Assembly: GCA_051313645.2 (NCBI GenBank)
Contig: JBNRSN020000001.1
Span: 428,048,001-428,112,000, forward strand
Direction: 5' to 3'
From: Centroscyllium fabricii
Taxonomy: Eukaryota
DNA: 64,000 bases
This document shows positions 13,207 through 24,255 of the stretch, piece after piece. The notes beneath the pieces are model-generated. The model saw nothing but the letters and a program-made list of their open reading frames with translations, was not told where the DNA came from and ran no database searches. A program made the position numbers and the translations under genes. Numbering within the stretch: position 1 is the stretch's first letter; each line of letters begins with the position of its first letter.

Positions 13207-13962
13207 CCCTTCACAAATTCCCAGGAAATAATGTACAAAAAAAAAAGTCTGACCTTAGTTTGTCTCGAGTTCTTCAGTTCACTCCTAAATGTTAGAGGAG
13301 GAGGATGGGTGGGGGTCACTACTACGTAGTGACTCGGGTTTAGCCGCTGCTCCCCCTATATACAGATACCAATATAAAGGCCCCTCCCCTTCCTGTTACA
13401 CTCCCTACTTAAAGATCACCAGTCCAGAGTTCCTCCTTCCTCTGCTTTCCCACAGGTCCGACTCCTCGGCCCCGCTCTCTTCTGGCTTTTCAAAAAAGCC
13501 CGCGAAGCTGCTGCCTCTGCCGCTGCTCCTCCTGTGCGCCGCTGCTCCTCCTGTGCCCAGCTCCCTTCTGTTGGCCTCGCTGCCTCCTATTATTATCTAA
13601 ATGGAAAGAAACTGGAAAGTACTTCAGTGCAAAGGGATCTGGGGGTCCTGGTGCAAGAAACATAAAAAGTTAATATGCAGGTGCAGCAGGTGGTCAGGAA
13701 GGCCAACGGAATGTTGGCTTTTATTGCTACGGGGATGGAGTATAAAAGCAGGGAGGTCTTGCTGCATTTGTACAGGGTATTGGTGAGACCACACCTGGAG
13801 TACTGCGTGCAGTTCTGGTATCCATATTTAAGAAAGGACATACTTGCTCTCGAGGCATTGCGAAGAAGGTTCACTGGGTTAATTCCGGGGATGAGGGGGC
13901 TGACATATGATGAGAGGCTGAGTAGATTGGGCCTCTACTCATTGGAGTTCAGAAGAATGAGA

Positions 13963-14357
13963 GGCGGCTCGGTGGCATAGTGGTTAGCACTGTTGCCTCA
14001 CAGCTCTGGAGACCCGGGTTCAAATCCAGCCTCGGGTGCTATCAGTGTGGAGTTTGCACATTCTCCCCGTGTCTGCGTGGGTTTCCTCCGGGTGCTCCGG
14101 TTTCCTCCCAAAGATGTGTGGGTTAGGTTGATTGGCCATGATAAATTGACCTTTAGTGTTAGGGGGATTGAATATGTGGGGTTACGGGGATAGGGTGGGA
14201 TATGTGTCGGTGTAGGCTCGATAGGGATCGAGGGATATGGGGAGAGGGCAGGGGCAGGCTGCTGGGTTTGGATGATCAGCCATGATCTCATTGAATGGCG
14301 GAGCAGGCTCGAAGGACCGAATGGCCTACTCCTGCTCCTATCTTCTATGTTTCTATG
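13963..14357 (+). mobile_element. HE1-like V-SINE (tRNA head, V domain, CR1-derived tail)
   Basis: A box TGGCATAGTGG, B box GGTTCAAATCC, V core GTGTGGAGTTTGCACATTCTCCCCGTGTCTGCGTGGG, (CTATGTTT) tail; interrupts CR1 RRMRG|DLIE. Confidence 0.9.
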
Positions 14358-15077
14358 ATCTTATTGAAACATATAAGATTGTGAGAGGGCTTGATCGGAT
14401 GGATGCGGTGAGGATCTTCCCAATGGTGGGTGAAACTAGGACTAGAGGGCATAATCTTAAAATAAGGGGCAGCCATTTCAAAACTGAGATGAGAAACTTC
14501 TTCACTCAGAGGTGGGGCTGTGGAATTTGCTGCTCCAGAGAGCTGTGGAAGCTACTACATTTAAAACAGAGATAGACAGTTTCCTGGAAGTAAAGGGAAT
14601 TAGGGGTTATGGTGAGCAGGCAGGTAAGTCGATGTGAGGCTAGGTTCAGATCGGCCATATGATCTCCTGGACCAGTTTTCGATCGCCTAGATGGGTCGGA
14701 GAGGAATTTCCCAGATTATTGCTCCCAAATTGGCCACTGGGTTTTTTATCTGGCTTTTCGCCTCTCCCAGGTGATCATATGGGTTTGGGCGGGATGGAGA
14801 GTAAAAATAAAATTGAGGTTAGGATCAGATCAGCCATGATCTTGTTGAATGGCGGGGTAGGCTCAAGGGGCCGATTGGCCTACTCCTGCTCCTATTTCTT
14901 ATGTTCTTATAAGTTGAATAAAGCCTTGCTTTATGTTCACTAAAAGCTTGGTAAGTCTTTATTACATCACAAGGCTATGTACCAAATGCAGTGAAATGGG
15001 ATTAGAATAGACAGGGCTTGATGGCCGGCACGGACGTGATGGGCCGAAGGGCCTCTTTCTGTGCTGTAAAACTCTAT

Positions 15078-15873
15078 GGGCGAAAGATTGGTCAGCGCAT
15101 GTTTTGGGGCGCTAACTTCGGCGCAGCGCTAACATTAGCGCCGTGCGCAAATTAGCGTCGGAGCCCCCGATATTCGCTTTGGCGCCGGCCGGCCTTGCAG
15201 ATTGCAGCACTAAATCAAGCATTGCACGGGTGCAAATGGCCAATATTCAGGCGCTAAGTGGTGAGTGCGGGCGCAGCGCTCCATCTGCCACTCCTTGCCT
15301 TCACAGCAATGCTGGCACTGGTCAGCTCTTAAAGGGGTAGGGGAAACAATATATGATGTCTGCTCACCTCCCTCTGCCTCTCTCTGTATCTCTCCTCACC
15401 TCCCTCTCTTTTTCTCTCTCTAACTTTCCTAGCCTCCCTCTGTCTGTCTCCGATCTCCCCTCACTTTCCTCTGTCTCTCTCTGTATCTCTCCTAACATCC
15501 CTCCGTCTGTCTCCGATATCCCACAAAATGGCCACCGCACAAAAGGGAGGAAGTGTCTCCCTTTAAGGAATGCCCCAGCAGCCCCACATCACCTCAGCTG
15601 CGTTTGTGAAAGCTGGCGCGGGCAGCGCTGGGCGTTAGTTCGGTGGCCGCTCGTCAATTTCGGGTGCAGCCCTGGGGGCGGGCGTTGCACCAGGATATCA
15701 GCAAGGATTCAGGTACGCCAAGTAGCGCCCGCTAACAGTTAGCAGTTAGCGCCGGCGCTAATCGCTTGGCGAATCTTGGGTGCGGCTCAAAGTTTTTAGC
15801 GCCCGGCGCTAAAACCTCTAGCGCCCATTGTCGGGCGCTAATTGATCGGCGTTAGAGTGCCAATTTTCCAACC
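15078..15873. mobile_element. PIF/Harbinger-like MITE
   Basis: 3-bp TSD TAT inside a LINE tail (CTC TAT GACTCT); imperfect TIRs GGGCGAAAGATTGG / CCAATTTTCCAACC; many GCGCTAA/TTAGCGC motifs. Confidence 0.65.
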
Positions 15874-16265
15874 TATGACTCTGGAGAGGGTGCCGAGAAG
15901 ATTTACAAGGATGATACCAGAAATGCGAAGGTACACCTACAGGGGAAGGATGAACAGGCTGGGTATCTTTTCTCTTGAAAAGAGAAAGCTGAGGGGTGAC
16001 CTAATAGAGGTCTTTAAAATCATGAACGGCTTTGATAGAGTAGATACAGGGAGAGTGTTTCCACTTGTGGGGAAGAGCAAAATTAGAAGCCACCAATGTA
16101 AGATAGTCACCAAAAAATAAAACGGGGAATTCAGCAGAAACTTCTTTACCCAGAGAGTGGTGAGAAAGTAGACCTCGCTACCACAGGGAGTGGTTGAAGG
16201 GAATAGTATAGATGCATTTAAGGGGAGGCTGGATAAGCATGAGAGAGAAGGAAATAGAGGGTTAT

Positions 16266-19200
16266 TGTGGTAACCCATATTTGGGTATCCCTTATATGGG
16301 ATACCATTGTTGTATACCTGTGTGCTGATATGTTGCTGGAGCCAGGTCAGCCACACCTCTGACTCCTCCCTCCAGGTGGAGCACCATAAAGGTGTGGGCT
16401 GATCGTCCATTCATTCTTTTCCTGTATGAATGTACCGAGGAGACACCTCTATTCTTTATTAATTAAAAGCCTAGTATTAACGGTAACTACGAGTCGTCTT
16501 TTAATTAAGTCTTCGACCTCGCTACAATTTTAATTAATAATTTTACAATGGAGACCAAAGCAGTAAACCCTCGGATACTGGACATCAGCCCCCACGATGC
16601 TGCAGCACAGGTCAACTTCAGGCTCTGGCTCAAAGTTCTGGAGAACTACATGGAAGAAGCCAAGGCTGAAACAAGTGCGCAAAAACTTAAAGTACTGCTG
16701 GCACATATCTCCGGCAGGGTTTTCTCCCTCATCGAAGAACACACATCGTACGAAGAATCGGTGGAGACCCTCAAGGAGCACTATGTGCGCCCTACTCACA
16801 AAGTCCACGGCCGCCACCTACTAGCGACCCGACCTCAACAAACCGGTGAGTCAGACCTTGATTTTGCGCAAGCACTCCGAAGCATGATAAAAGCCTGTGG
16901 CTGTACGGGCGGACTGAATCTGAGACAGGAGGAAAACCTCCTCCTCCGGGACGCGTTCGTTACAGGGCTAAAAAACCCAGTCGCCCGTCAGAAACTACTG
17001 GAACAGGACAGCCTGACCTTTGAACAGGCAGTCAATCTAGCACAAATGGTGGACGGGGCCCACGCCAAAAACCAGACGTACGGCGGGGCCGGCTATCATG
17101 CTCCAAGCATTTGGGCTGCGACCCAGCAAGAGCCACGGATTGAGACCCCCACTATGGCTGCGTCAGCCACCACGGACTCTAAGTATAAACACTGCTATTT
17201 TTGCGGAAAAGGCTTGCACCCCAGGGCAAAGTGCCCAGCCAAGACAGAGACCTGCGGCCTCTCCACCCTGAGAATCGATCCCCCCTCGCTGTTCGCCAAC
17301 CTCGATCCCAAGTGCAAACCTATCGCCACTAAGAGTCGGCGGTATAGCGAGGGGGACCGCACGTTTATCAGGTCGGAGGTAGGGCGGCTGCTAAAGGAGG
17401 GGATTATTGAGGCCAGCACCAGCCCCTGGCGGGCCCAAGTTGTAGTCGTTAAGACTGGTGAGAAACACCGGATGGTTATCGATTACAGCCAGACCATTAA
17501 CCGCTACACCGGGCTCGACGCCTACCCCCTTCCCCGCATCTCAGAAATGGTCAATCAGATCGCCCAGTACAAGGTGTTCTCCACGATCGACCTTAAATCG
17601 GCGTATCACCAGCTCCCGATTCGGAAAGCCGACCGCCCCTACACCGCCTTCGAGGCGAACGGCCGGCTCTACCACTTCCTCCGGGTCCCCTTTGGCGTCA
17701 CCAACGGAGTGTCAGTGTTCCAGCGGGAGATGGACCGCATGGTTGATCACAATGACTTGCAGGCCACCTTCCCTTACCTGGACAATGTGACCATCTGCGG
17801 CCACGGCCAGCAGGACCACGATGCCAACCTGGCCAAATTTCTTGACACGGCGGCTAAGCTGGACCTTACGTATAACAAAGACAAATGCGTCTTTAATACA
17901 ACCCGGCTCGCCATCCTCGGATACGTGGTGGAGAACGGGGTCCTCGGCCCCGACCCACAGCGTATACGACCCCTTCAGGAACTGCCCCTACCTCACAACC
18001 CCAAAGCCTTGAAGAGAGCTCTAGGATTGTTCTCCTACTATGCACAATGGGTCCCGCAGTTCGCAGACAAGGCTAGACCACTCCTCAAGGCTGCCGTCTT
18101 CCCTCTTTCTATAGAAGCTCAAACGGCATTCGAAAAGATAAAAGGAGATATCATCAAAGCGACCATGCACGCTGTTGATGAATCCATCCCTTTCCAGGTG
18201 GAGAGTGACGCTTCGGACTTTGCCCTTGCTGCCACTCTGAATCAGGCAGGCAGGCCCGTAGCGTTTTTCTCCCGCACCTTACAGGGACCCGAAACTCGCC
18301 ACTCAGCAGTGGAAAAGGAGGCCCAGGCCATTGTGGAGGCCGTGCGCTACTGGCGTCATTACCTGGCCGGTAAGCGTTTTACCCTGCTCACCGACCAACG
18401 GTCGGTGGCGTTTATGTTTAACAATAAACTACGGGGTAAAATCAAGAATGACAAGATCATGCGGTGGCGGATCGAACTCTCGACTTACGAGTATGACATT
18501 CTTTACCGACCAGGTAAACTCAATGAACCACCGGACGCACTGTCCAGGGGAACGTGCGCCAGTGCCCAGCTAGACCGGCTGAAGGACCTCCACGACCGCC
18601 TCTGCCACCCGGGTGTCACCAGACTCGCCCATTTTGTCAAAGCTAATAATCTCCCCTACTCCATCACGGAGATCAAGGCTATGACCCGAGATTGCCCTGT
18701 CTGCGCTGAGTGCAAACCCCACTTTTTCCGGCCAGACACGGCGCATCTCATTAAGGCCACTCGCCCCTTCGAACGCCTCAGCGTAGACTTCAAAGGCCCC
18801 CTTCCCTCCACCGACCGCAACTCATACTTCCTCACGGTAGTGGACGAGTTCTCCCGTTTCCCCTTCGCATTCCCCTGCCCAGACATGACGAGCGCAACGG
18901 TGATCAAACACTTCACCACGCTGTTCGCCATCTTTGGTTTCCCCAGCTATATCCATAGCGACCGGGGGTCATCGTTCATGAGCGATGAACTGCGTCAGTT
19001 CCTGCTCCAGAAAGGGGTTGCCACGAGCAGAACGACCAGTTACAACCCCCGGGGGAACGGCCAGGTAGAAAGGGAGAATGGGATTATCTGGAAGGCGGTC
19101 ACCCTGGCCCTCAAGTCCAGAGGCCTTCCAGTGTCCCACTGGCAGGCAGTCCTCCCAGGCGCATTGCACTCTATTAGGTCGTTATTATGTACAGCTACTA

Positions 19201-19970
19201 ATGCCACCCCGCACGACCTTGTTTTCTCTTTCAGCAGGAGATCATCTTCGGGGACGGCACTCCCACCATGGCTGACGACCCCCGGGCCGGTGTTTCTTAA
19301 AAGGCACGTTCGGGGCCACAAGACGGACCCCCTGGTGGACCAGGTACAGCTCCTACACGCCAACCCACAATATGCTTTTGTGCAGTTCCCAGACGGGCGT
19401 GAGGACACCGTGTCCATCAGGGACCTGGCTCCGGCCGGCAACACCGCCACGGCTCCCCCTATTGGCCAGCAAGTCGACCTGCCATCGACCGGGGAACGTA
19501 CAGCACCGACGGAGGCAGACTATTCGGCCATGGGGCCATCACAACCAACATCGGAACCCCGGCGGTCGGCAAGACAGACGCGGCCGCCGGAGAGACTCAT
19601 TGTGAACTGTTCACTGTCTTCAACCCCCCCCCCCCCCCCCTGGACTCAAAGTTTTCAACAAGGCATTCACCCCGCCCCCCCGGACTCAAAGTTTTTAACA
19701 AGGGGTGAATGTGGTAACCCATATTTGGGTATCCCTTATATGGGATACCATTGTTGTATACCTGTGTGCTGATATGTTGCTGGAGCCAGGTCAGCCACAC
19801 CTCTGACTCCTCCCTCCAGGTGGAGCACCATAAAGGTGTGGGCTGATCGTCCATTCATTCTTTTCCTGTATGAATGTACCGAGGAGACACCTCTATTCTT
19901 TATTAATTAAAAGCCTAGTATTAACGGTAACTACGAGTCGTCTTTTAATTAAGTCTTCGACCTCGCTACA
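16266..19970 (+). mobile_element. Gypsy B, identical LTRs, protease-deleted
   Basis: 261-bp LTRs 16266-16526 and 19710-19970, no difference seen by eye; 5-bp TSD GTTAT; PPT AAGGGGTGAA. Confidence 0.96.
16548..19772 (+). CDS. Gag-RT-RNase H-integrase fusion lacking protease (1074 aa)
   Basis: One knuckle then TCGLSTL; IDLKSAY, PFGVTNG, YLDN, ESDASD, HxxxCH...CPVC, DFKGP/SDRG/ERENG; ORF runs into the 3' LTR. Confidence 0.88.
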   Translation: METKAVNPRILDISPHDAAAQVNFRLWLKVLENYMEEAKAETSAQKLKVLLAHISGRVFSLIEEHTSYEESVETLKEHYVRPTHKVHGRHLLATRPQQTGESDLDFAQALRSMIKACGCTGGLNLRQEENLLLRDAFVTGLKNPVARQKLLEQDSLTFEQAVNLAQMVDGAHAKNQTYGGAGYHAPSIWAATQQEPRIETPTMAASATTDSKYKHCYFCGKGLHPRAKCPAKTETCGLSTLRIDPPSLFANLDPKCKPIATKSRRYSEGDRTFIRSEVGRLLKEGIIEASTSPWRAQVVVVKTGEKHRMVIDYSQTINRYTGLDAYPLPRISEMVNQIAQYKVFSTIDLKSAYHQLPIRKADRPYTAFEANGRLYHFLRVPFGVTNGVSVFQREMDRMVDHNDLQATFPYLDNVTICGHGQQDHDANLAKFLDTAAKLDLTYNKDKCVFNTTRLAILGYVVENGVLGPDPQRIRPLQELPLPHNPKALKRALGLFSYYAQWVPQFADKARPLLKAAVFPLSIEAQTAFEKIKGDIIKATMHAVDESIPFQVESDASDFALAATLNQAGRPVAFFSRTLQGPETRHSAVEKEAQAIVEAVRYWRHYLAGKRFTLLTDQRSVAFMFNNKLRGKIKNDKIMRWRIELSTYEYDILYRPGKLNEPPDALSRGTCASAQLDRLKDLHDRLCHPGVTRLAHFVKANNLPYSITEIKAMTRDCPVCAECKPHFFRPDTAHLIKATRPFERLSVDFKGPLPSTDRNSYFLTVVDEFSRFPFAFPCPDMTSATVIKHFTTLFAIFGFPSYIHSDRGSSFMSDELRQFLLQKGVATSRTTSYNPRGNGQVERENGIIWKAVTLALKSRGLPVSHWQAVLPGALHSIRSLLCTATNATPHDLVFSFSRRSSSGTALPPWLTTPGPVFLKRHVRGHKTDPLVDQVQLLHANPQYAFVQFPDGREDTVSIRDLAPAGNTATAPPIGQQVDLPSTGERTAPTEADYSAMGPSQPTSEPRRSARQTRPPERLIVNCSLSSTPPPPPWTQSFQQGIHPAPPDSKFLTRGECGNPYLGIPYMGYHCCIPVC

Positions 19971-20107
19971 GTTATGCTGATAGGGTTAGAAGAGCAAAGA
20001 CGGGAGGAGGCTCAAGTGGAGGATAAACACTGGCATGGACTGATTGGGCCAAATGGCCTGTTTCTGTGCTGTAATATCCTATGTAATCCTTTGTAAAGAG
20101 CAAGTGG

Positions 20108-22085
20108 TAAGAACATAAGAACATAATAAATAGGAGCAGGAATAGGACACTTGGCCCCTCGAGCCTGCGCCTGCGCCGCCCTTCAATAAGATCATGGCTG
20201 ATCTTGGGCTCAAAGCCACTTCCCCGCCCGCTCCCCATAACCCTTCACTCCTTTATCTTGTAAAAATCTGTATCTCCACCGTAAATGTTTTCTGGGGCAG
20301 AGAATTCCACAGATTTACGATCCTCTGAGAGAAGAAATTCCTCCTCATCTCAGTTCTAAAAGGGCGACCCTTTATTCTGAAATTATGCCCCCGTGTTCCA
20401 GATTTCCCCACGAGGGGAAACATCCTCTCTGCATCTACTCTGTCGAGCCCCCTCAGTATCTTATATGTTTCAATAAGATCCCCTCTCATTCTTCTAAATT
20501 CCAATGAGTATAGGCCCAACCTGCTCAACCTTTCTTCATAAGTCAACCCCCTCATCTCTGGAATTAACCCAGTGAATCATCTCTGAACTGCCTCCAATAC
20601 AAGTATATCCTTCCTTAAATAAGGAGACCAAAACTGTATGCAGTACTCAAGGTGTGGTCTCACCAACACTCTGTACAGTCATAGCAGGACTTCCCTGCTT
20701 TTATACTCCAACCCCCTAGAAATAAAGGCCAACATTCCATTTGCCTTTTTGATTACTTGCTGTACCTACATGCTAACATTTTGTGTTTCATGCACAAGGA
20801 CCCCCGGGTCCCTCTGAACTGTAGCATTTTATTTTCTCTCTCCATTTAAATAATAATTTGCTTTTTTATTTTTCCTGCCAAAGCGTATAACCTTGCACTT
20901 TCCCACATTATACTCCATCGGCCAAATGTTTGCTCGCTCACTTAGCCTGTCTATATCCCTTTGCAGATTCTGAGTCCTCTGCACAACTTGCTTTCCCACC
21001 CATCTTTGTATCATTCATAAACTTGGTTACATTACACTCAGTCCCTTCATCCAAGTCATTAATATAGATTGTAAATAGTTGAGGCCCCAGCACCGATCCC
21101 TGTGGCACCCCACTAGTTACCGTTTGCCAACCGAAAATGACCCATTTATCCTGACTCTCTGCTTTCTGTTAGTTAGCCAATTCTCTATCCATGCTAATAT
21201 ATTACCCCCAACTCTGTGCGCTCTTATCTTATGTAATAACCTTTTATGTGGCACCTTATTGAATGCCTTCTGGAAATCCAAATACACCACACCACTGGCT
21301 CACACCTATCTAACCTGCTCATTACATCCTCAAATTACTCCAGCAAAATTGTTAAACATGATTTTCCATTCATAAAAGCTGACTCAGCTTGACTGCATTA
21401 TGATTTTCCAAATGCCCTGCTACTGCTTCCTTAATGAAGGACTCCAGCATTTTCCCCAATGACAGATGTTATGCTAACTGGTCTATAGTTTCCTGCTTTC
21501 TGTCTCCCTCCTTTCTTAAACAGGGGTGTTACATTTGCAGTTTTCCAATCCACTGGGACCTCTCCAGAGTCCAGGGAATTTTGGTATATTGCAACCAATG
21601 CACCCACTATCTCGCAGCCATTTCATTTAAGACCCTGGGATGCAGGCAATCTGGTCCTGGGGACTTGTCGTCTTTTAGTCTCATTATTTTACCAAGTACT
21701 TTTTCCTTCATGATAGTGATTGTCTTTAGATCCCCCCTTCTCTGTGGCCCCTTTATTGTCCATTATTGGGATGTTGTTAGTGTCTTCTACCGTGTAGACA
21801 GATTAAAATATTTGTTCAGAATCTCTGCCATTTCCCCGTTCCCCATTATTAATTCCCCATTCTCATCCTCTAAGTGGCTAACATTTACTTTAGCTACTCT
21901 CTTCCTTTTTATATACCTGTAGAAGCTCTTACTTTCTGTTTTAATATTTCTTGCCAGTTTACTCTCATAATTCATCTCTTTATTATATTTTTAGTCATCC
22001 TTTGTTGGTTTTTTAAAATTTTCCAATCCTCCGGCCTCCCACCAATCTTGGCAACATTGTATGCCTTCGTTTTCAATTGATACCA
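20108..22085 (-). mobile_element. 5'-truncated CR1 (ORF2 3' half), decayed
   Basis: YESKLARNIK..., MEYNVGKC, YEERLSRLGLYSLEFRR; (TGTTCTTA)n tail near 20108. Confidence 0.88.
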
Positions 22086-23559
22086 GATGGTGGCAGAGGA
22101 GGAGCAGGGAGCTGCTGACCAGATGGTCATGTGAGTGCCGTTTATGATGCTCTACACCCTTACGAACCCTGTCAACCAGGCAATGTTCTGTACTTTGTCA
22201 AGCTGGCTTCTCCTTTCCATATTGAAAGTGATGAGTGTGTTGTCTCTTGCAAACAAGAGCTCTGTCACTTGCTTTATGCATCTGTGGCTGCCAACTGACT
22301 GATTTGTCATATGTCGTTGTTGCTGGCTTGGAAGGATCCAATGGCATAAAGGTTTAACGGACTAGTGACCATCACTATGATATAAGTTGTCTGTCACTCA
22401 ACTTCCACATTGCTATGTGCAGCATCCTTTATGAAGCAGAGGCATAAAAGACAGGCCTCCTCTGGCATGTTCTGTAAAGACTGTCTGGGACAGTAATGGG
22501 CGGTTCTGGAGTTAAGTATAAGTGCGTACTTAACCTATCTTTCTTGATCCCTCAAGAGGTGTTCTTCTCCAAATCTAGGATTGCCAATGGAACTCCCAAA
22601 GGAATTCCCACCCTTCCCACTTCTGTTGCTGAAAGTGAAATAGCAGCGGAAAGCAAGAATATTGTAAGAAATAAAAGCTGTACAAAGCAATACAGCAAAA
22701 AAAATTAATGCACCAACCAAATGACAGATAAAGCACGGGCTAGCACCACATAGAAAAGGGGGCAAGATGGTGCTTATTGCAATATGTGACTAATTTGAAT
22801 AATTGATTGGCTTAATAAGGCTTGTGCTGGTTACCAGTGCCACCTTTGAAAACCTAGCAATGTTCTTTGCAGCAAAGTGGAGTGCGCTGAGAATTGGGCG
22901 GGATAGTCTATGTGCTCAGCTTTGCAACCTATGCTCCCCCATAGTGAAACTCTGTGGCACCAGCTTAGTCTTGTAAATTTGGGACCATCAAAGCATGAAA
23001 GGTAATCCTCCAACCGAAATGAGGTTCTGTGGGGTCAGGGGGTTTGGGGGGGGGTGGGGGGGGTAGGGTGGCGGGGGCAGCTTCCCTGCTTCTTTGAGGT
23101 GTAAGAAGCACCGGCATCGATTTTGTGCCTGGATATCGGGATTTTACGCTGGAAGTTAGAGTGGCTGGTGAATATGTTGACTAAGTATGGGTGGATGTAT
23201 TCAAATTATGTATTAATGGTGAAATGTCACACAATATATTTCCTGTCAGTAGTGCCGTAGCAATGCTGGACATTAGGAATGCTAATGCATTCCTTATGTT
23301 CAGTGCTGCTATAGAGTGCAGAACATGATTGAAAATATAACCCTGCACCCACTAAGCCCAAGATATGGATTTTGTTTTGTGAATAAAACCTTGCCTTCAG
23401 CTACTTCAGAGGAAGCTATCCACCATGAGACTCAAGGCCGGCAGCAGCAATTTCCCACCTTTTCTTGATGTGGGCACCCTGATTCTGGCAGGAAACCTGC
23501 TGAAATTATTTAAATAAAACCGATCACCATCTCACCACTGCCCTAGACAATCAACTTCA

Positions 23560-24255
23560 TTACCATCACCGAATCCCCCACCATCAACATCCTGGGTGGT
23601 CACAATTGACCAGAAACTTAACTGGACCAGCCACATAAATACTGTGTCTACAAGAGCAGGCCACAGGCTGGGTATTCTGCAGCGAGTGCCTCACTTCCTG
23701 ACTCCCCAGAGCCTTAGCACCATCTACAAGGCACAAGTCAGGATTGTGATGGAATACTCTCCACTTGCCTGCTTTAAGTGCAGCTCCAACAACACTCAAA
23801 AAGCTCAACACTATCCAAGACAAAGCAGCCCACTTGATTGGCACCCCATCCACCACCTTAAACATTCACTCCCTCCACCACCAGTGTACCGTGGCTGCAG
23901 TGTGTACCATCTACAAGATGCACTGCAACAACTCGCCAAGGCTTCTTCAGCAGCACCTCCCAAACCCGCGACCTCTACCGACTAGAAGAACAAGGGCAGC
24001 AGGCGCATGGGAACACCACCACCTCCAAGCTCCCCTCCAAGTCACGCACCATCCTGACTTGGAAGTATATCGCCGATCCTTCATCGTCATTGGGTCAAAA
24101 TCCTGGAACTCCATAGCTAACAGCACCGTGGGAGAACCTTCGCCACACGGACTGCAGCGGTTCAAGAAGGCAGCTCACCAGCACCTTCTCAAGGGCAACT
24201 AGGGATGGGCAATAAATGCTGACCTTACCAGTGATGCCCACCTCCCATGAACAAA
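23560..24255 (+). mobile_element. 3' fragment of a second CR1/L2-group LINE family
   Basis: VTIDQKLNWTSHIN...IYKAQVR..MEYS, KLNTIQDKAAHLI, KSWNS, FKKAAHQHLL; same tail at 34330 and 43491. Confidence 0.78.

Larger units (their letters stand above)
9298..13589 (-). mobile_element. Full-length CR1 LINE nested in the outer CR1
   Basis: GC-rich 5' UTR about 13210-13589; ORF1 12218-13206; ORF2 to 9393; (TGTTCTA)n tail at 9298-9318. Confidence 0.93.
2065..14910 (+). mobile_element. CR1 LINE (outer, near full length) split by nested insertions; pieces 2065-3769, 8213-9299, 13590-13962, 14358-14910
   Basis: ORF1 SGNH esterase (HVGTNDI, DGLHLN) to 2533; APE endonuclease (LNARSIRNK, IMGDFN, SDHNMV); RT (QGSVLGP, KFADDTK) 8443-9300; reading joins across inserts (KTDS|KRFYSY; NRAS|YYLNG). 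Confidence 0.93.
15880..20095 (+). mobile_element. CR1 3' fragment interrupted by Gypsy B
   Basis: LERVPRRFTRMIP...RGDLIEVFKI; 3' UTR resumes at 19971. Confidence 0.85.

Noticed and set aside
13963-14035. tRNA-like A/B boxes (also 36438, 56417, 34004)
   Set aside because: SINE heads continuous with the SINE body and LINE tail; not tRNA genes
22535-22765. Minus ORF with acceptor-like TTTCAG
   Set aside because: All frames close quickly and no recognisable protein
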